DNA from: Thecamonas trahens ATCC 50062
Lineage: Eukaryota > Protista > Apusomonadida
Reading direction: 5' to 3'
Assembly: GCF_000142905.1 (NCBI RefSeq)
Contig: NW_013657623.1
Coordinates: forward strand, 25,928-89,927
Length of the DNA: 64,000 bases
In this document: positions 43,701-54,626 of the stretch, piece after piece
Layout of the letters: each line of letters starts with the position of its first letter
Position numbering within the stretch: position 1 is the stretch's first letter
Translations under genes and position numbers: made by a program
The notes under the pieces: generated by a model
Seen by the model: only the letters and a program-made list of their open reading frames with translations
Database searches by the model: none
What the model was told of the DNA's origin: nothing

Positions 43701-46700
43701 GGTGGCAAACGACGTGGTGCGGCTTGCCGAGTATCTGGGATTGGAGGGTGCGAATCCACTGGCGCGCATCATGGACCTTCACGATCTGCCGCACATCGAG
43801 GTCCAGTTTGCGGTCATGTCCGAGACGGGTATGTTTGGGCGGCTTTCGTTCATCGACTCGCCGGGTCCCAACGAGTTTGGCATGGCAGGGCTCGGCGAGG
43901 TGGTCCGGCGGACGCTGAAACAGGCGTCGATCATTGCGGTAGTGCTCAACTACGCGGCGCTGGCGGTGAAGCAGCAGGGGGAGATCAACGAGATGGTCCG
44001 CGAGGCGACTGCTGACCTCCAGCAGGAGGTTTATATGTTTGTCAACAAGTACGACCAGCGGAACACGGCGTCAGGCGACATGGACGAGGAGCAGCTCCGC
44101 GACTACATCCAGCGCAACATTGTGTTTGGCTCGGGCTCGTCGACCTTTGCGCGGGAGAACATTTTCCCGGTCTCGGCCAAGTACGCGCAGTTTGCCAACA
44201 CGGCGAGGCAGTACTTGTCGAACCCAGACGGGAGCGCTATCGGCGACGACGAAGTGTACGTGCCTGATCCGGACGAGATGGGGTGGGTGAAGGACTTTGC
44301 GCGGATTGCGTGGGGCGAGACATGGTCGCACGAAAAGGTGTACCCGTCGATGCTGGAGATCAACGACGTGGCACGGTTCCGGCAGGGAGTGGACGCGGTG
44401 TGGCGGAGCTCGCGGCTCAACGAGCCGCTTGAGTCGATGCTCCGGCACTGCTACACCAATGCCGGCGTCATCTCGCTGCAGCAGTCGCTCGCACGGTGCC
44501 AAGCCATTGCCGACTCGTTCAAGCTCGACCTCAACTACCAGATCGGGACCGTGACGGCGTCGGTCGCGCAGCTCGAGTCGTTCCTCATTGTCTCGGCCTC
44601 GGCGTACGACGACATTCGCAATGCTATTGTCGACATCAAAAAGTCAGCCGTGGAGCTGGCGCTCAAGCGGCTGCCGTGGCTCATTCTCGACGCCATCGAG
44701 AGCGCGTCGGACCACATTGTGGACAACCCGGCGAACATGCTGCGGCTGGTCAAGGAGGTCATTGCCACGCTCCGCGAGGGCCCGAGCGCTAAGGAGGGCC
44801 TCGTCACCCAGTTTACCGCCATCTTTACCGGCTCGGAGCCGCTCTCGTTCGCGTCGCAAGAAGAGGCCGAGGAGGTCATCGAGCATCTAACTGAGGTTTT
44901 CAAGAGCGCCGCGTCGCGGGTCCAAGCCGACATTATCAACAAGATCCTGACCAACACCAAGAAGATCAACTACAACATCGGCCAGATGGTCAAGGAGCGG
45001 CTCAAGCCGCATCTCCGCCAGTACGAGGACGATCTCGAGCGGGTCCTCGCCATGAACATCGAGTTCCCGGAGATCAACGCGCCGGACCTCGACGAGTTTG
45101 GCGAGGGCATCCAGGCCTCGACGCTCAAGCTTCTCGAGCAGCCGACAACCCGGGCGTGGGCCGTCAAGTGGCTGTTCAAGTTTATTCCGGTCCCGTGGCT
45201 CCGCAAGAACAAGGCTTCGACCTACGAAGTTGTCCCCGCTCGCATCCGCGAGGCCTTTGACCAGGGCATCCGGCGGGTCTTTGACTCGACGCTCGAGGCC
45301 TCCAAGCAGCTTTCGCACGTCCTCCAGAGGGTCGTCGATGAGTACGGCGGTCAGGTCGAGAACGAGCTCAACAAGCTCATCTCGCGCATCCGTCAGTCGA
45401 TCGAGAACAAGAAGTCGACCCATGACCGCTCCATCTTTGTCAAGCACCTGTGCGAGGAGCAGCTGTGGAAGCTCGAGGAGTACTACCGCCGGGCCCGCGA
45501 CCTCGCGGTTCTCCTTGAGGCGCACGGCGGGAGCGGCGAGAGCGAAGACGGCGCGAGCGAGTCGGCCTCAAGCGAGTCGTCCGCCGGAGGCGGGAGCTCT
45601 GCGAGCACAAGCGGAGCAAGCGGAAGCGAAGAGGAGGCCATCGAGTGGGGCAAGAACCCAACAACGCCACGGTTTAAGCGGTTCGGGTACAAAGTGAGCG
45701 TGCCCAAGGCGTCGATCCTCTACCCGCGCCAGCTCTCACGAGTGGTCATTGCCACGGACGTGGCCAAGCTCCGAGAGGCGTCGCGGGCCAGCGGGAGCGG
45801 GAGCGGGAGCGGCAACAGTGCAGGCTCTGTGGCCGGTGGCGGGCGCAAGGTCACGTTTGGCAAGAGCCGTGTCGGCGCGAGCGCGAGTAGCGGAGGTGCA
45901 GGCGCAAGCGGACAGTCGTCGTCGGCGGCTGCGCTCATCGAGTCCAAGTACGGCGGAGTGGGCGTGAAGAAGAAGACCTCGTACCTCGAGTTCAAGATCA
46001 AGTACGGGACGTTCACGGTTGGGCGTGAGCTTGGGCGCGGGGCGTTTGCCACGGTCTACGCTGGTGAGTACAACGGGCGGCGAGTGGCCATCAAGGACAT
46101 GCGGATCCGCAAGAACCGTGTGGACGAGGCCATCGGCGAGGTGGAGATCATGTGGAAGCTCTCGCACCCGAACCTCGTCGAGTTCCTCGGCTTTTCCTCG
46201 CACGGCTCGTCGTTCTTTATTCTTATGGAGCACATGCAGGGCGGCTCGCTCCGAGACTGGTTCAACGACCACGAGGGCGACGCGGGAGCCATGAGCTACG
46301 GCGACCGGGTTCTCCTCGTCGAGGACATCACTCTCGGACTCGAACACATGCACTCCAAGGGCGTTCTCCACCGCGACCTCAAGGCCGGGAACGTCCTCCT
46401 CGAGGAGAGCGAGGGCCGGCTCCGCGGCAAGCTCTCCGATTTTGGCACGTCCAAGTCGTCGCGGACGCCCGTGGCCTCGGTCTACCAGACCGTCAAGGGC
46501 ACGCCGGTCTACATGCCGCCGGAGCTTCTCTCGTCGTGGGCAAACAGGCGGAACAAGGCCCGATACTCGGCAACCATCGACATCTACGCCCTTGCCATGA
46601 TCATGTTTGAGCTATGGACAACCGCGCCGCTCATCGAGTCGGCCGACCAGTTCAACATCGACGAGATCCTCCGCGGCCGGCGGCCCGACTTTCCTCCTGG

Positions 46701-46829
46701 CTTCCCGCCGAGCACCCGCCGCTCCACGCACTTATCGTCGCGTGCTGGGCCAACGATGCCGGCTCGCGTCCAAGCGCCGGCGAGGTTGTCAAGCGGCTCA
46801 AGGTTGTCCGAGGTGAAATGGGATTGTGA
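40795..46829 (+). CDS. Giant protein: coiled coil, CrfC/YjdA-like bacterial dynamin-like GTPase and TKL-like protein kinase (~2011 aa; frameshift near 46704-46706)
   Basis: G1 GLMKAGKS, G3 DSPGPNE, G4 NKYD, IFPVSA; kinase GRGAFATV, VAIK, HRDLKAGN, DFG, YMPPE; subdomain XI (LIVACWANDAGSRPS) lies in the shifted frame ending TGA 46827-46829. Confidence 0.85.
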
Positions 46830-46960
46830 TGATATGTTGGTAAAGTGGAGAAAGAAGATGATGGGGAGGGACATAGAAGAGGAGCATGCATGGTGTGTGT
46901 GTGTGTGTGCACGTGTGAAAGAGATCGATCGAGGAGGGTTCAGGCCGAGGCAAAAAAATA

Positions 46961-47033
46961 TGGTCAGAGCGGGGCTCGAACCCGCGACCGACAGCTTATT
47001 AGACTGTCGCTCTACCGACTGAGCTACCCGACC
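46961..47033 (-). tRNA. tRNA-Ile(AAT), inverted copy
   Basis: Reverse complement identical to 40311-40383. Confidence 0.95.
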
Positions 47034-47359
47034 AATCTGAAGACTGCAGGGAGTTCACACTATTTATTACATTCATCACATTGCTACAGGTGAGCCTGCT
47101 GGCCTCAATACCTTGCACACAACAGAGTTGGGGGGGGGGGGCGTATCTCCCCGAAAGCCATGACTCCACCGGCATGGATAATAGTCTCCGTAGCCCGTAT
47201 GCAAGGTGAACAAGTGTCGCTGATTGGCTCGCCCCCCGTGCGGCAGGCGAGATGAAAGTAGCTCGATGGCGGCGAGGAGCACCTGATGCAAGACAGAGAT
47301 GACAGGCGTGCAAGGGGGGGGACTCACGCACCACCACTCTCTGTCTCCGAACCAGCGGC

Positions 47360-48922
47360 ATGGGTATGTCGGAATGGAGTGAGATGACAAGGCAGTGGTG
47401 GGAGAGTTGGACAGGAATCAGTGTGTGGCTCTTGTGGCTGGTTCTTGTTCCTGTCTTGGCTACTACCGTCTTGCCTATGGTCTGGTGGTGGCCATCACGT
47501 CGGTGGCTTCCAGGTTGGGCAGACCTTCCGCTCATCAATCTCATCATTGTCTTGGCCAACTTGTCACGATTGTATGAATGGATGACCGATTGCTCGCTCT
47601 CGTTTGGCTGGACGTGGACTGTGGTTCTTCCCATGCAACTGCGATTTGTTGGCATTACTCATCCAGATGATGTCAAGCATGTCCTTCGTGATAACTTTGA
47701 TAACTACGTCAAGGGCGAGACCTTTGGTGCTCTCGTCAATGAGCTCCTGGGTGGTGGCATCTTCAACTCGGATGGAAAGGCCTGGTATCGTCAGCGGAAA
47801 ATTGCATCGCATCTCTTTCATGTCCGCAACTTTAAGGAGACCATGGTCCCGGTCTTCCTTGCTCACGCCCGCAAGGTTGCCCGCTTGCTTGACGCTACAG
47901 CTGCTACTGGTCATCATGCAGTCATCGACATGCATGATGTCTTCTACCGGTACACTCTCGATTCTGCTGGCGTCATCGCCTTTTCCAAGGACATCGGCTC
48001 GCTCGAGAACCGTGATGTTCCGTTTGCGCGCGCCTTTGACTACCTCCAGTGGGGCTGCCTCATGCGCGGCTTCACCCCGCTCTGGTGGCTCTGGCGTGAC
48101 CTTGGCCTTTCGCCGATCGAGAATCGGATGCGGCGAGAGCTCGCTGTCCTTGATGACTACATCCGGACGGCGGTTCTCGATTCTGATGATCCGCCTGCGG
48201 ATGGACAGCAAGGCGCGTCGATCATTGAGCTGTTCAAGGCTTCGTCGCTCCGGCCGGACTCGCTGAGGCACGGGCCTGACGACGAGGCCGGGCGCGAGGA
48301 GGAGCTTCTCTTTCTGCGAGATCTTGTCGTCAACTTTATCATTGCCGGCCGAGACACGACCGGTGCTGCGCTCTCATGGCTCTTCTACCTCCTCGCCATG
48401 CATCCTCAGGTGCGGGACGAGGTTGTGGCCGAGATCGACGAGGTGCTCGATGGGGCCGACATGGCGTATGGCGACATACCGCGGCTGCCGCTCCTCCACG
48501 CCGCGGTCAAGGAGACGCTGCGGCTGTATCCTTCGGTCCCGCGCGACCTCAAGGTCTCGGTCTCGGCCGACGTCCTACCGGGCTCGGGTGCGGCAGTGGC
48601 GCCGGGCGTGTGGATCGTGTACATGCCGTACGTCATGGGCCGGCTGCCGGCGCTGTGGGGGCCGGACGCAGCGAGCTTTCGGCCACAGAGGTGGCTCGAA
48701 CCGGATTTCGAGCCGCCGTCGGCGTACAAGTTCATTGCCTTTAACGCCGGGAAGCGGTCGTGCCTCGGCGAGCGCATGGCGTACCAGGAGATTATGGCGT
48801 GCAGTGTCCACTTGCTCCAGCGGTTTGTGCTGGACGTTGCCCCGGGCGCCGACGTCCGACCGGCGACCCAAATCACGCTCGCCATGGCCAACGGACTTCC
48901 GATGAACGTGCGCGAGCGATAA
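47360..48922 (+). CDS. Cytochrome P450, CYP86/94/704 clan-like
   Basis: NFDNYVKG, LLGGGIFNSDG..W..QRK, AGRDTT, ETLR, PQRW, FNAGKRSCLG. Confidence 0.92.
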   Translation: MGMSEWSEMTRQWWESWTGISVWLLWLVLVPVLATTVLPMVWWWPSRRWLPGWADLPLINLIIVLANLSRLYEWMTDCSLSFGWTWTVVLPMQLRFVGITHPDDVKHVLRDNFDNYVKGETFGALVNELLGGGIFNSDGKAWYRQRKIASHLFHVRNFKETMVPVFLAHARKVARLLDATAATGHHAVIDMHDVFYRYTLDSAGVIAFSKDIGSLENRDVPFARAFDYLQWGCLMRGFTPLWWLWRDLGLSPIENRMRRELAVLDDYIRTAVLDSDDPPADGQQGASIIELFKASSLRPDSLRHGPDDEAGREEELLFLRDLVVNFIIAGRDTTGAALSWLFYLLAMHPQVRDEVVAEIDEVLDGADMAYGDIPRLPLLHAAVKETLRLYPSVPRDLKVSVSADVLPGSGAAVAPGVWIVYMPYVMGRLPALWGPDAASFRPQRWLEPDFEPPSAYKFIAFNAGKRSCLGERMAYQEIMACSVHLLQRFVLDVAPGADVRPATQITLAMANGLPMNVRER

Positions 48923-48941
48923 AAGCAGCTTGGGGTGAGGC

Positions 48942-51208
48942 TCACGCATTGATCGACGATGATGACGACGCGCCCGAGTCGTGGCGCGGCCGCCGACCGC
49001 CTGACTTGGACGAGGCCGAAGCTGCCGAGGCTGAGGGTATGGGCGGCAGCGCGATGCCAAGCTCGGCAAGCTTGGCGTGAAAGTAGGTCCGCTCGGTGAC
49101 GAGGGCCTGCTCGGCAGCAAAGCGGGCTTCGACGGCGGCGGCGGTCTCGGCGCGGGCGCGCTTGAGCTGGCGCTTGGCAAGCGCAAGCTGGTCCTGCGCC
49201 TCCATCTCGTGGGCCACCTTGAGCGAGAGCAGTTCCTGGTTCGAGTTACGGAGCTCGGCGATCTGGTGCTCGTACGACTCGATGAGCTCGCCGAGCCAGA
49301 GCAAGAGCGCGTCGTGGTCCATACCCGAGCCGAGCAGCGACTTGAGCTTGGCCTGAGCAGCGGTGAGCGCGCGGGTGTTGACCTCGTTGGTCGCCTTAAC
49401 TTCGGCAAGCGAGGCCGCCAGCTTGGAGTTGGCCTCCTGTAGGCCGGTCAGCTGGTCCATGAGCGATTGCAGCTGGGCGTCGGAAATGTCCGACGGGTCG
49501 CCGCCGGGAGCAGCGTGCGCTAGCGTCGACGACGAGACCAAGTTCATCTCGCCGAGCTGGTCGGTGAGCGACTGCCGTTCGCGCTCGCCGTCGCGGAGCT
49601 GCATCACCTCGCGCTCAAGCTTACGGTAGGCCTCCTGGAGGCGCGCCTTTTGGGCCTGGACCGAGTCAAAGGCGGCAAGCTTCTTGGAGAGCGCGGCAAT
49701 TTGTGCGCGGTACTGCTTGATCATGGCCTTGTCGTCGTCGTAGGTGAGGTTGATCCGCGCCGAGTTGACAATGCGCTTGGCCATTGTGCCAAACAGAAGC
49801 GTCATCTTGGTCTGCTTGTGGTGGGCCGACGCCGGCGAGCCGGTGCAGATGACCGCCGTCCGGGCATTGCCGCCGAGTGAGGTCCGCAGAATCTTGGTTA
49901 GCGACGAGTTGCGGTACGGCACAAAGGCTTCGCCCTTGGAAAGTGCCTGGATGACCGACTTGAGCTGGGTGAGCGAGAGGTTGATTGACTTGGTCTCGCG
50001 CTGTTGGCGCGAGCCGAAGCGCTCAGTCAGAGTCTCCGAGCCCGCGAGATCGACCAGGTTGAGCTCGGAGATGTTGACAGCGTCTCCTTGCAGCATGCTC
50101 GCCGACGACGATGACCGGCCAAGCCGCGAGGGGGTAGCCCGCGCTCCGCGTGGCGGCTCGGTCTTGGGCGTCGCGTCGCCGCCGGCAGCAGTCGACTCGA
50201 TGATCATGCGGAAGATGGTGTGCGAGCGTGAGGAGTGCTCGTTGAGGTTTGACTTGCCGACCGCCCGGTTGGCCTCGCCCTGGCGGACAAGCTCCATTAC
50301 GTCTTCGCCCGACTTGACAATGATCTCGGAGGCTTCGGGCACGACAAAGGCCGAGTCGACCTCGCGGATGGCCAGGTCGCGTCCATCGAGGCGCAGCAGG
50401 TCGTTGACCTCCTCGTTGTAGATCTCGAGGTAGGAGACGCGGAGAAGAAAGAGGGTGTCGCGCGAGGCGGCAATGGCGGCGAAAACCTCCTGGACCGCCC
50501 GTGGAAGGATGCCTGGATTTTGGCTCTCGCCCATCATGGTGTACGTCTTGCCCGACGCAGTCTGGCCGTAGGCAAAGAGCGTTCCATTGAAGCCGCGGAG
50601 GACAGAGCTCACGATCGGCCGCGCCACAGCCTCGTACACCGTCTTGGTTGAGTCGGACGGAGTAAAGACACGCTCAAACCCATACCGCCGCCCATGTGCC
50701 TCAGCAATGCACATGTCCGACTCAAACAGCCACTGAGTCTCCTCGCCGGCCTCGGACGTCAGATACGGCCGGATGCGGACAACAACACGGATGTTGTCAG
50801 CGCTGGAGGACGGCTCATTGGCAGGACCAGCAGCAGCAGCAGGACCAGCAGCAGCACCACCTCCACCAGCAGCAGCAGCAGATGACGATGACGATGACGG
50901 ACGGACATGACCACCAGTTCGACCGATAGCTGCCGATGATACGGCAGCAGCAGTTCCACTCGATCGATGAGGCAAAGTACGCGTCCGATTCCGACTCTGG
51001 CTCTGGCTTTGACTTTGACTTTGACTTTGACGTTGGCTTTGGCTCTGGCTTTGGCTCTGGTTGCGAGTGGCCGATGTGGTGCTTGTTGTGCTAGCCAGCC
51101 TCCGTTTGGTCCGCTTTCGGACTACCACCTTCTTCTTTGGCACACGACGAGAGTTCCCGACCTTCTTCCCGGAGGAGAGCTTCTTGAGCTCCGGTGACTT
51201 CCGTCCAT
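48942..51208 (-). CDS. Kinesin-7 (CENP-E-like) motor with short coiled-coil tail
   Basis: FNGTLFAYGQTASGKTYTM, NEHSSRSHTIF, LVDLAGSE, VPYRNS.LT.IL..SLGGNARTAVICT; start uncertain (ATG 51208 needs one extra G near 51201). Confidence 0.85.
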
Positions 51209-51263
51209 ATCCAGAGGGATGTAGCTATGTGTCTATGTCTATGTCTATGTGTGGTGTTGGTGT

Positions 51264-51311
51264 TGGTGGTGGTGGTGGTGGTGGTGGTGGTGGTGGTGGT
51301 GGTGGTGGTGG
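51264..51311 (+). repeat. (GGT)n microsatellite
   Basis: Seen directly. Confidence 0.9.
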
Positions 51312-51780
51312 GGTGGAGTGTCGTCGGCTTGTCCCCGCTTTGGCCTGTCGTCGTCGTGGTGTGGTCGTCCTTGGTGGTGTCATGGCCTGGCGCGCAAAGT
51401 CGGCGGTCGGCGGTCGGCGGTCGGCGGTCGGCGGCCGGCTGCCGGCTGCAGTGGTCGGCGTTTGGGAGTGTGATGATGGGGATGCGTATGGGGGAAGAGG
51501 CAAGGCTCTTATCACGTTGATTCTTGTTGTGTGATTGAGTGTGAGGTTGTGCTGTAGATGGCGGTGATGAGTGGAACAGAGTCGGCGCGGACGCTGGCGT
51601 CGGTTGGTGTTGATCTTGGTGCTGATGCGGCCTGAGATGGCGGCCCGGTGCGAGCTGGAGCTGCTGTCGCTGGTTCTGATTGAGCCGTCAGTCATGTTCT
51701 AGCAGCTGCTCACGCTGCGCGAGTCACCCTTGCGTGTAGCTGAAGGCAAGGCAAGCGGAGGTAGTCAGCCGGCAGCGAGG

Positions 51781-52682
51781 TCACCATGCCTGAAAGTCAT
51801 CGCCGTAGTACTCGTAGTACTCGGCGTCGTCGCAAGAGTCCTCGTCGCCGGCATAGTACTCAGCATCGGCGGCAGACAACAGCGGAGCCTCGGCCATTCG
51901 CGGGGCACCACTTCCGCCGCTTCCAGTCGGGTTTGTCCGCAGCATGACCAGCATGTCTTCGTACCCGTACAGAGTGGCAAGCAGCTCGTTCGGATCCATT
52001 CCGGGTTGGGCTTCTAGCAGCTCTGCCTGGATCGAGTGTAGCGCGGCGACCATGTCTCCCAGCGTCTCGTAGTTGTCCTGCTGCCAGACCGAGCCAAACC
52101 GCATCCGGCCGCTCCGCGCATCGCCTTGTCGGCGGAGCCGGCTCAGCGCGCTCTCGGCCCCGTCCACAAGCCGCTCGATCTCGCCTAGAAAGAAGGCATG
52201 ATCCAGGCCCATCAGATCCGGCACCTCACTATCCCCGTCCCCGACTCCATCCCCGTCCACCCCACCTACCCCGACCTCTCGCAGCAGAGCTCCCAGAAGC
52301 CCAACCACATTCCCCTCATCCCCATCGATCTCTTCGCCCTCTTTGACCACCGCCACTTCTTCGCCCACCAGCTTCAGAGCCCGGATCAGGGCATCAACGC
52401 CAAAGATCATCTCAGCGTCAGCGGCATCGAGCCCTTCAGCGGGCTCGTCCTCTCCAGCCGCATCATCATCGTTGCCGTATCCAGCTCGAGCTCAGGCACA
52501 AGATCAGGCACAAGGACAAAGGCATCTGGAAGGGACTTGCACAGCGGACAGGGCGGAGGAGAGGGAGCACAGGCGGCGGTCCAGCGGGCGACACAGGCGA
52601 AGCAGAGGCCATGGGAGCAGGGCATAAAAGCCGTAGCATGTCGAGGTGGCGCCGTGTGGCACACAGCGCACCTTCCCGACAT
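51781..52682 (-). CDS. RING-HC (C3HC4) E3 ligase-like protein with acidic C-terminus; frameshift near 52481-52482
   Basis: CAVC...PCSHGLCFAC..RW...CPLCK; one added G joins it to ORF 51781-52410. Confidence 0.7.
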
Positions 52683-53136
52683 GTGACCGACCCTCTACCT
52701 AGGAGTAGACGGGTGGTGGCCGTGGTGGTGGTGGTGGTGGTCGTCGTGGCGATGGTCGGACGGCGGAAGGCGACGGCCGATCGTAAGTGGAGCGCTACTG
52801 CTCGGTTGATCTCATGGCTTGATCGCCACATGACGGATCGCTGATGATGGGCGACTGGTTGGGCGTGTGTGTGTGTGGGGGGGGCATGTGGGCATGTGCG
52901 TAGGTATGGCGGGGAGGGATCACCTCAGCTCAGCAGCGACGCGCAGTGGCTTCGATCATAGCCGTCGTAGCAGAGGCTGCAGATCGCAGCTTGATCGCCA
53001 CGTGACGAGTCTTCCAAGATTCCAAGATGTGGTTAGCAGTTGGTGGTGGTAGCTTTGGAGGAGTTGTTACAGCGGGCCAAGACTGGCCCTGACGGCGCCT
53101 CCATGTCCGCGCTATCACCCCGCCGTATCGTCTGTC

Positions 53137-54120
53137 ATGCCGATGAGAGTTTGCACAGGTGCGCCATACCCATACCCATACCCATACCCATACTCACCTC
53201 ACTTCACCTCCCGCTCATGTTGCTCACACTTGCCGGCTCTGGTGGCCTGTCTGCGGCTGTCTGCGGCACTCCTCGCCCTGGCTGTGGCCGCCAATGCCTA
53301 CGCCCTCGCCTCACACTCGTGGTACACCACCACTCCACAGGCAGGGGCCGTGCCTACCACCTGGGGCACACGAGTCATCTGTGCACACACCTCGCCTCTC
53401 CCCACATGTACCATTTTATCTGCCTTGCATTTGTTGCCATCATCATCGCCATCATCATCGGCATCATCATCGGCATCATCGGCATCATCGGCATCATCGG
53501 CATCATCGGCATCACCATCGCCATCGCCATCGCATCAACTCCTTCCACATCTCACTCCGCTTGCAGGCAATGCTCATGCTCTTGTATCGGCTGGTATTGC
53601 GGCAATGGTTGGCTTGTGGATCGGTCTGCTGGCAAGTTTGGTTGCCTCAGCTTTGTCGCTCGTCGCTGCGAGCGCTCCTGAGCAGCCGATGCCCATTCAT
53701 GTCCGATCGTTTGGCCTTGCTGCTGCTGTGGCTGCTGCTGCTCTATTCGCTACAGCAGTTGGCATTGGCCTCTTTCTTGCCCTCGGCGTCTACTCGATCT
53801 CGACTATCACCCACGCCGCCGCAGGCTCGTCGTTTCGTGACGGGTTCTGGGTGGCGGTTGTGGGCATGGCAAGCACTGCCATCGCCGTCGCGCTCTTGCT
53901 TGGCGGCGGCAGACAAGCTCGAGATCTTGCTGTGGCTGACTATACTCGATTGTGGATCAATACCGATGGGCCGTCGTGGCACAACTCACCCCCGCTTCAC
54001 CCATCTTTGCCACGGCCAGCGTCGCGCCCGCGGACCGACTCCGCCACTCGCCCTCTTCTCGCCCCATCGCCCGGGTCACCAGCTCAAAGTCCAGGACGTC
54101 GCCGCCCAGGAAAGCTCTGA
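53137..54120 (+). CDS. Claudin/PMP22-like four-TM protein with Ser/Ala repeat loop
   Basis: TM1 then W...WGTRVIC-x8-C; three further TM helices; GSSFRDGFW before TM4. Confidence 0.55.
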   Translation: MPMRVCTGAPYPYPYPYPYSPHFTSRSCCSHLPALVACLRLSAALLALAVAANAYALASHSWYTTTPQAGAVPTTWGTRVICAHTSPLPTCTILSALHLLPSSSPSSSASSSASSASSASSASSASPSPSPSHQLLPHLTPLAGNAHALVSAGIAAMVGLWIGLLASLVASALSLVAASAPEQPMPIHVRSFGLAAAVAAAALFATAVGIGLFLALGVYSISTITHAAAGSSFRDGFWVAVVGMASTAIAVALLLGGGRQARDLAVADYTRLWINTDGPSWHNSPPLHPSLPRPASRPRTDSATRPLLAPSPGSPAQSPGRRRPGKL

Positions 54121-54214
54121 CATCCAGCCCGCGCCGAGCTCACCACTCCTACGACTTGACAGTTCGAGATGGGCCCCCTGAGCGATGACAACGCGCAACC
54201 GCCCCCCCCCCCCC

Positions 54215-54509
54215 NNNNNNNNNNNNNNNNNNNNNNNNNNNNNNNNNNNNNNNNNNNNNNNNNNNNNNNNNNNNNNNNNNNNNNNNNNNNNNNNNNNNNN
54301 NNNNNNNNNNNNNNNNNNNNNNNNNNNNNNNNNNNNNNNNNNNNNNNNNNNNNNNNNNNNNNNNNNNNNNNNNNNNNNNNNNNNNNNNNNNNNNNNNNNN
54401 NNNNNNNNNNNNNNNNNNNNNNNNNNNNNNNNNNNNNNNNNNNNNNNNNNNNNNNNNNNNNNNNNNNNNNNNNNNNNNNNNNNNNNNNNNNNNNNNNNNN
54501 NNNNNNNNN
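54215..54509. other. Assembly gap (N run)
   Basis: Ns flanked by poly-C. Confidence 0.99.
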
Positions 54510-54626
54510 TTCCCACTCAGTCCTCCCCACGCCCTCCGCCACGCCCCCTCCCCCCCCCCCCCTCCCCCCCCTACCCCCGCGCCACAACCCACCTCCCACG
54601 CACCTTGGCTCCATTGCGCGCGCAGG

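Noticed and set aside
46830-47022. C-terminal extension of the 2075-aa ORF into the tRNA-Ile gene
   Set aside because: Caused by the frameshift near 46704; the true kinase end is in another frame and stops at 46829
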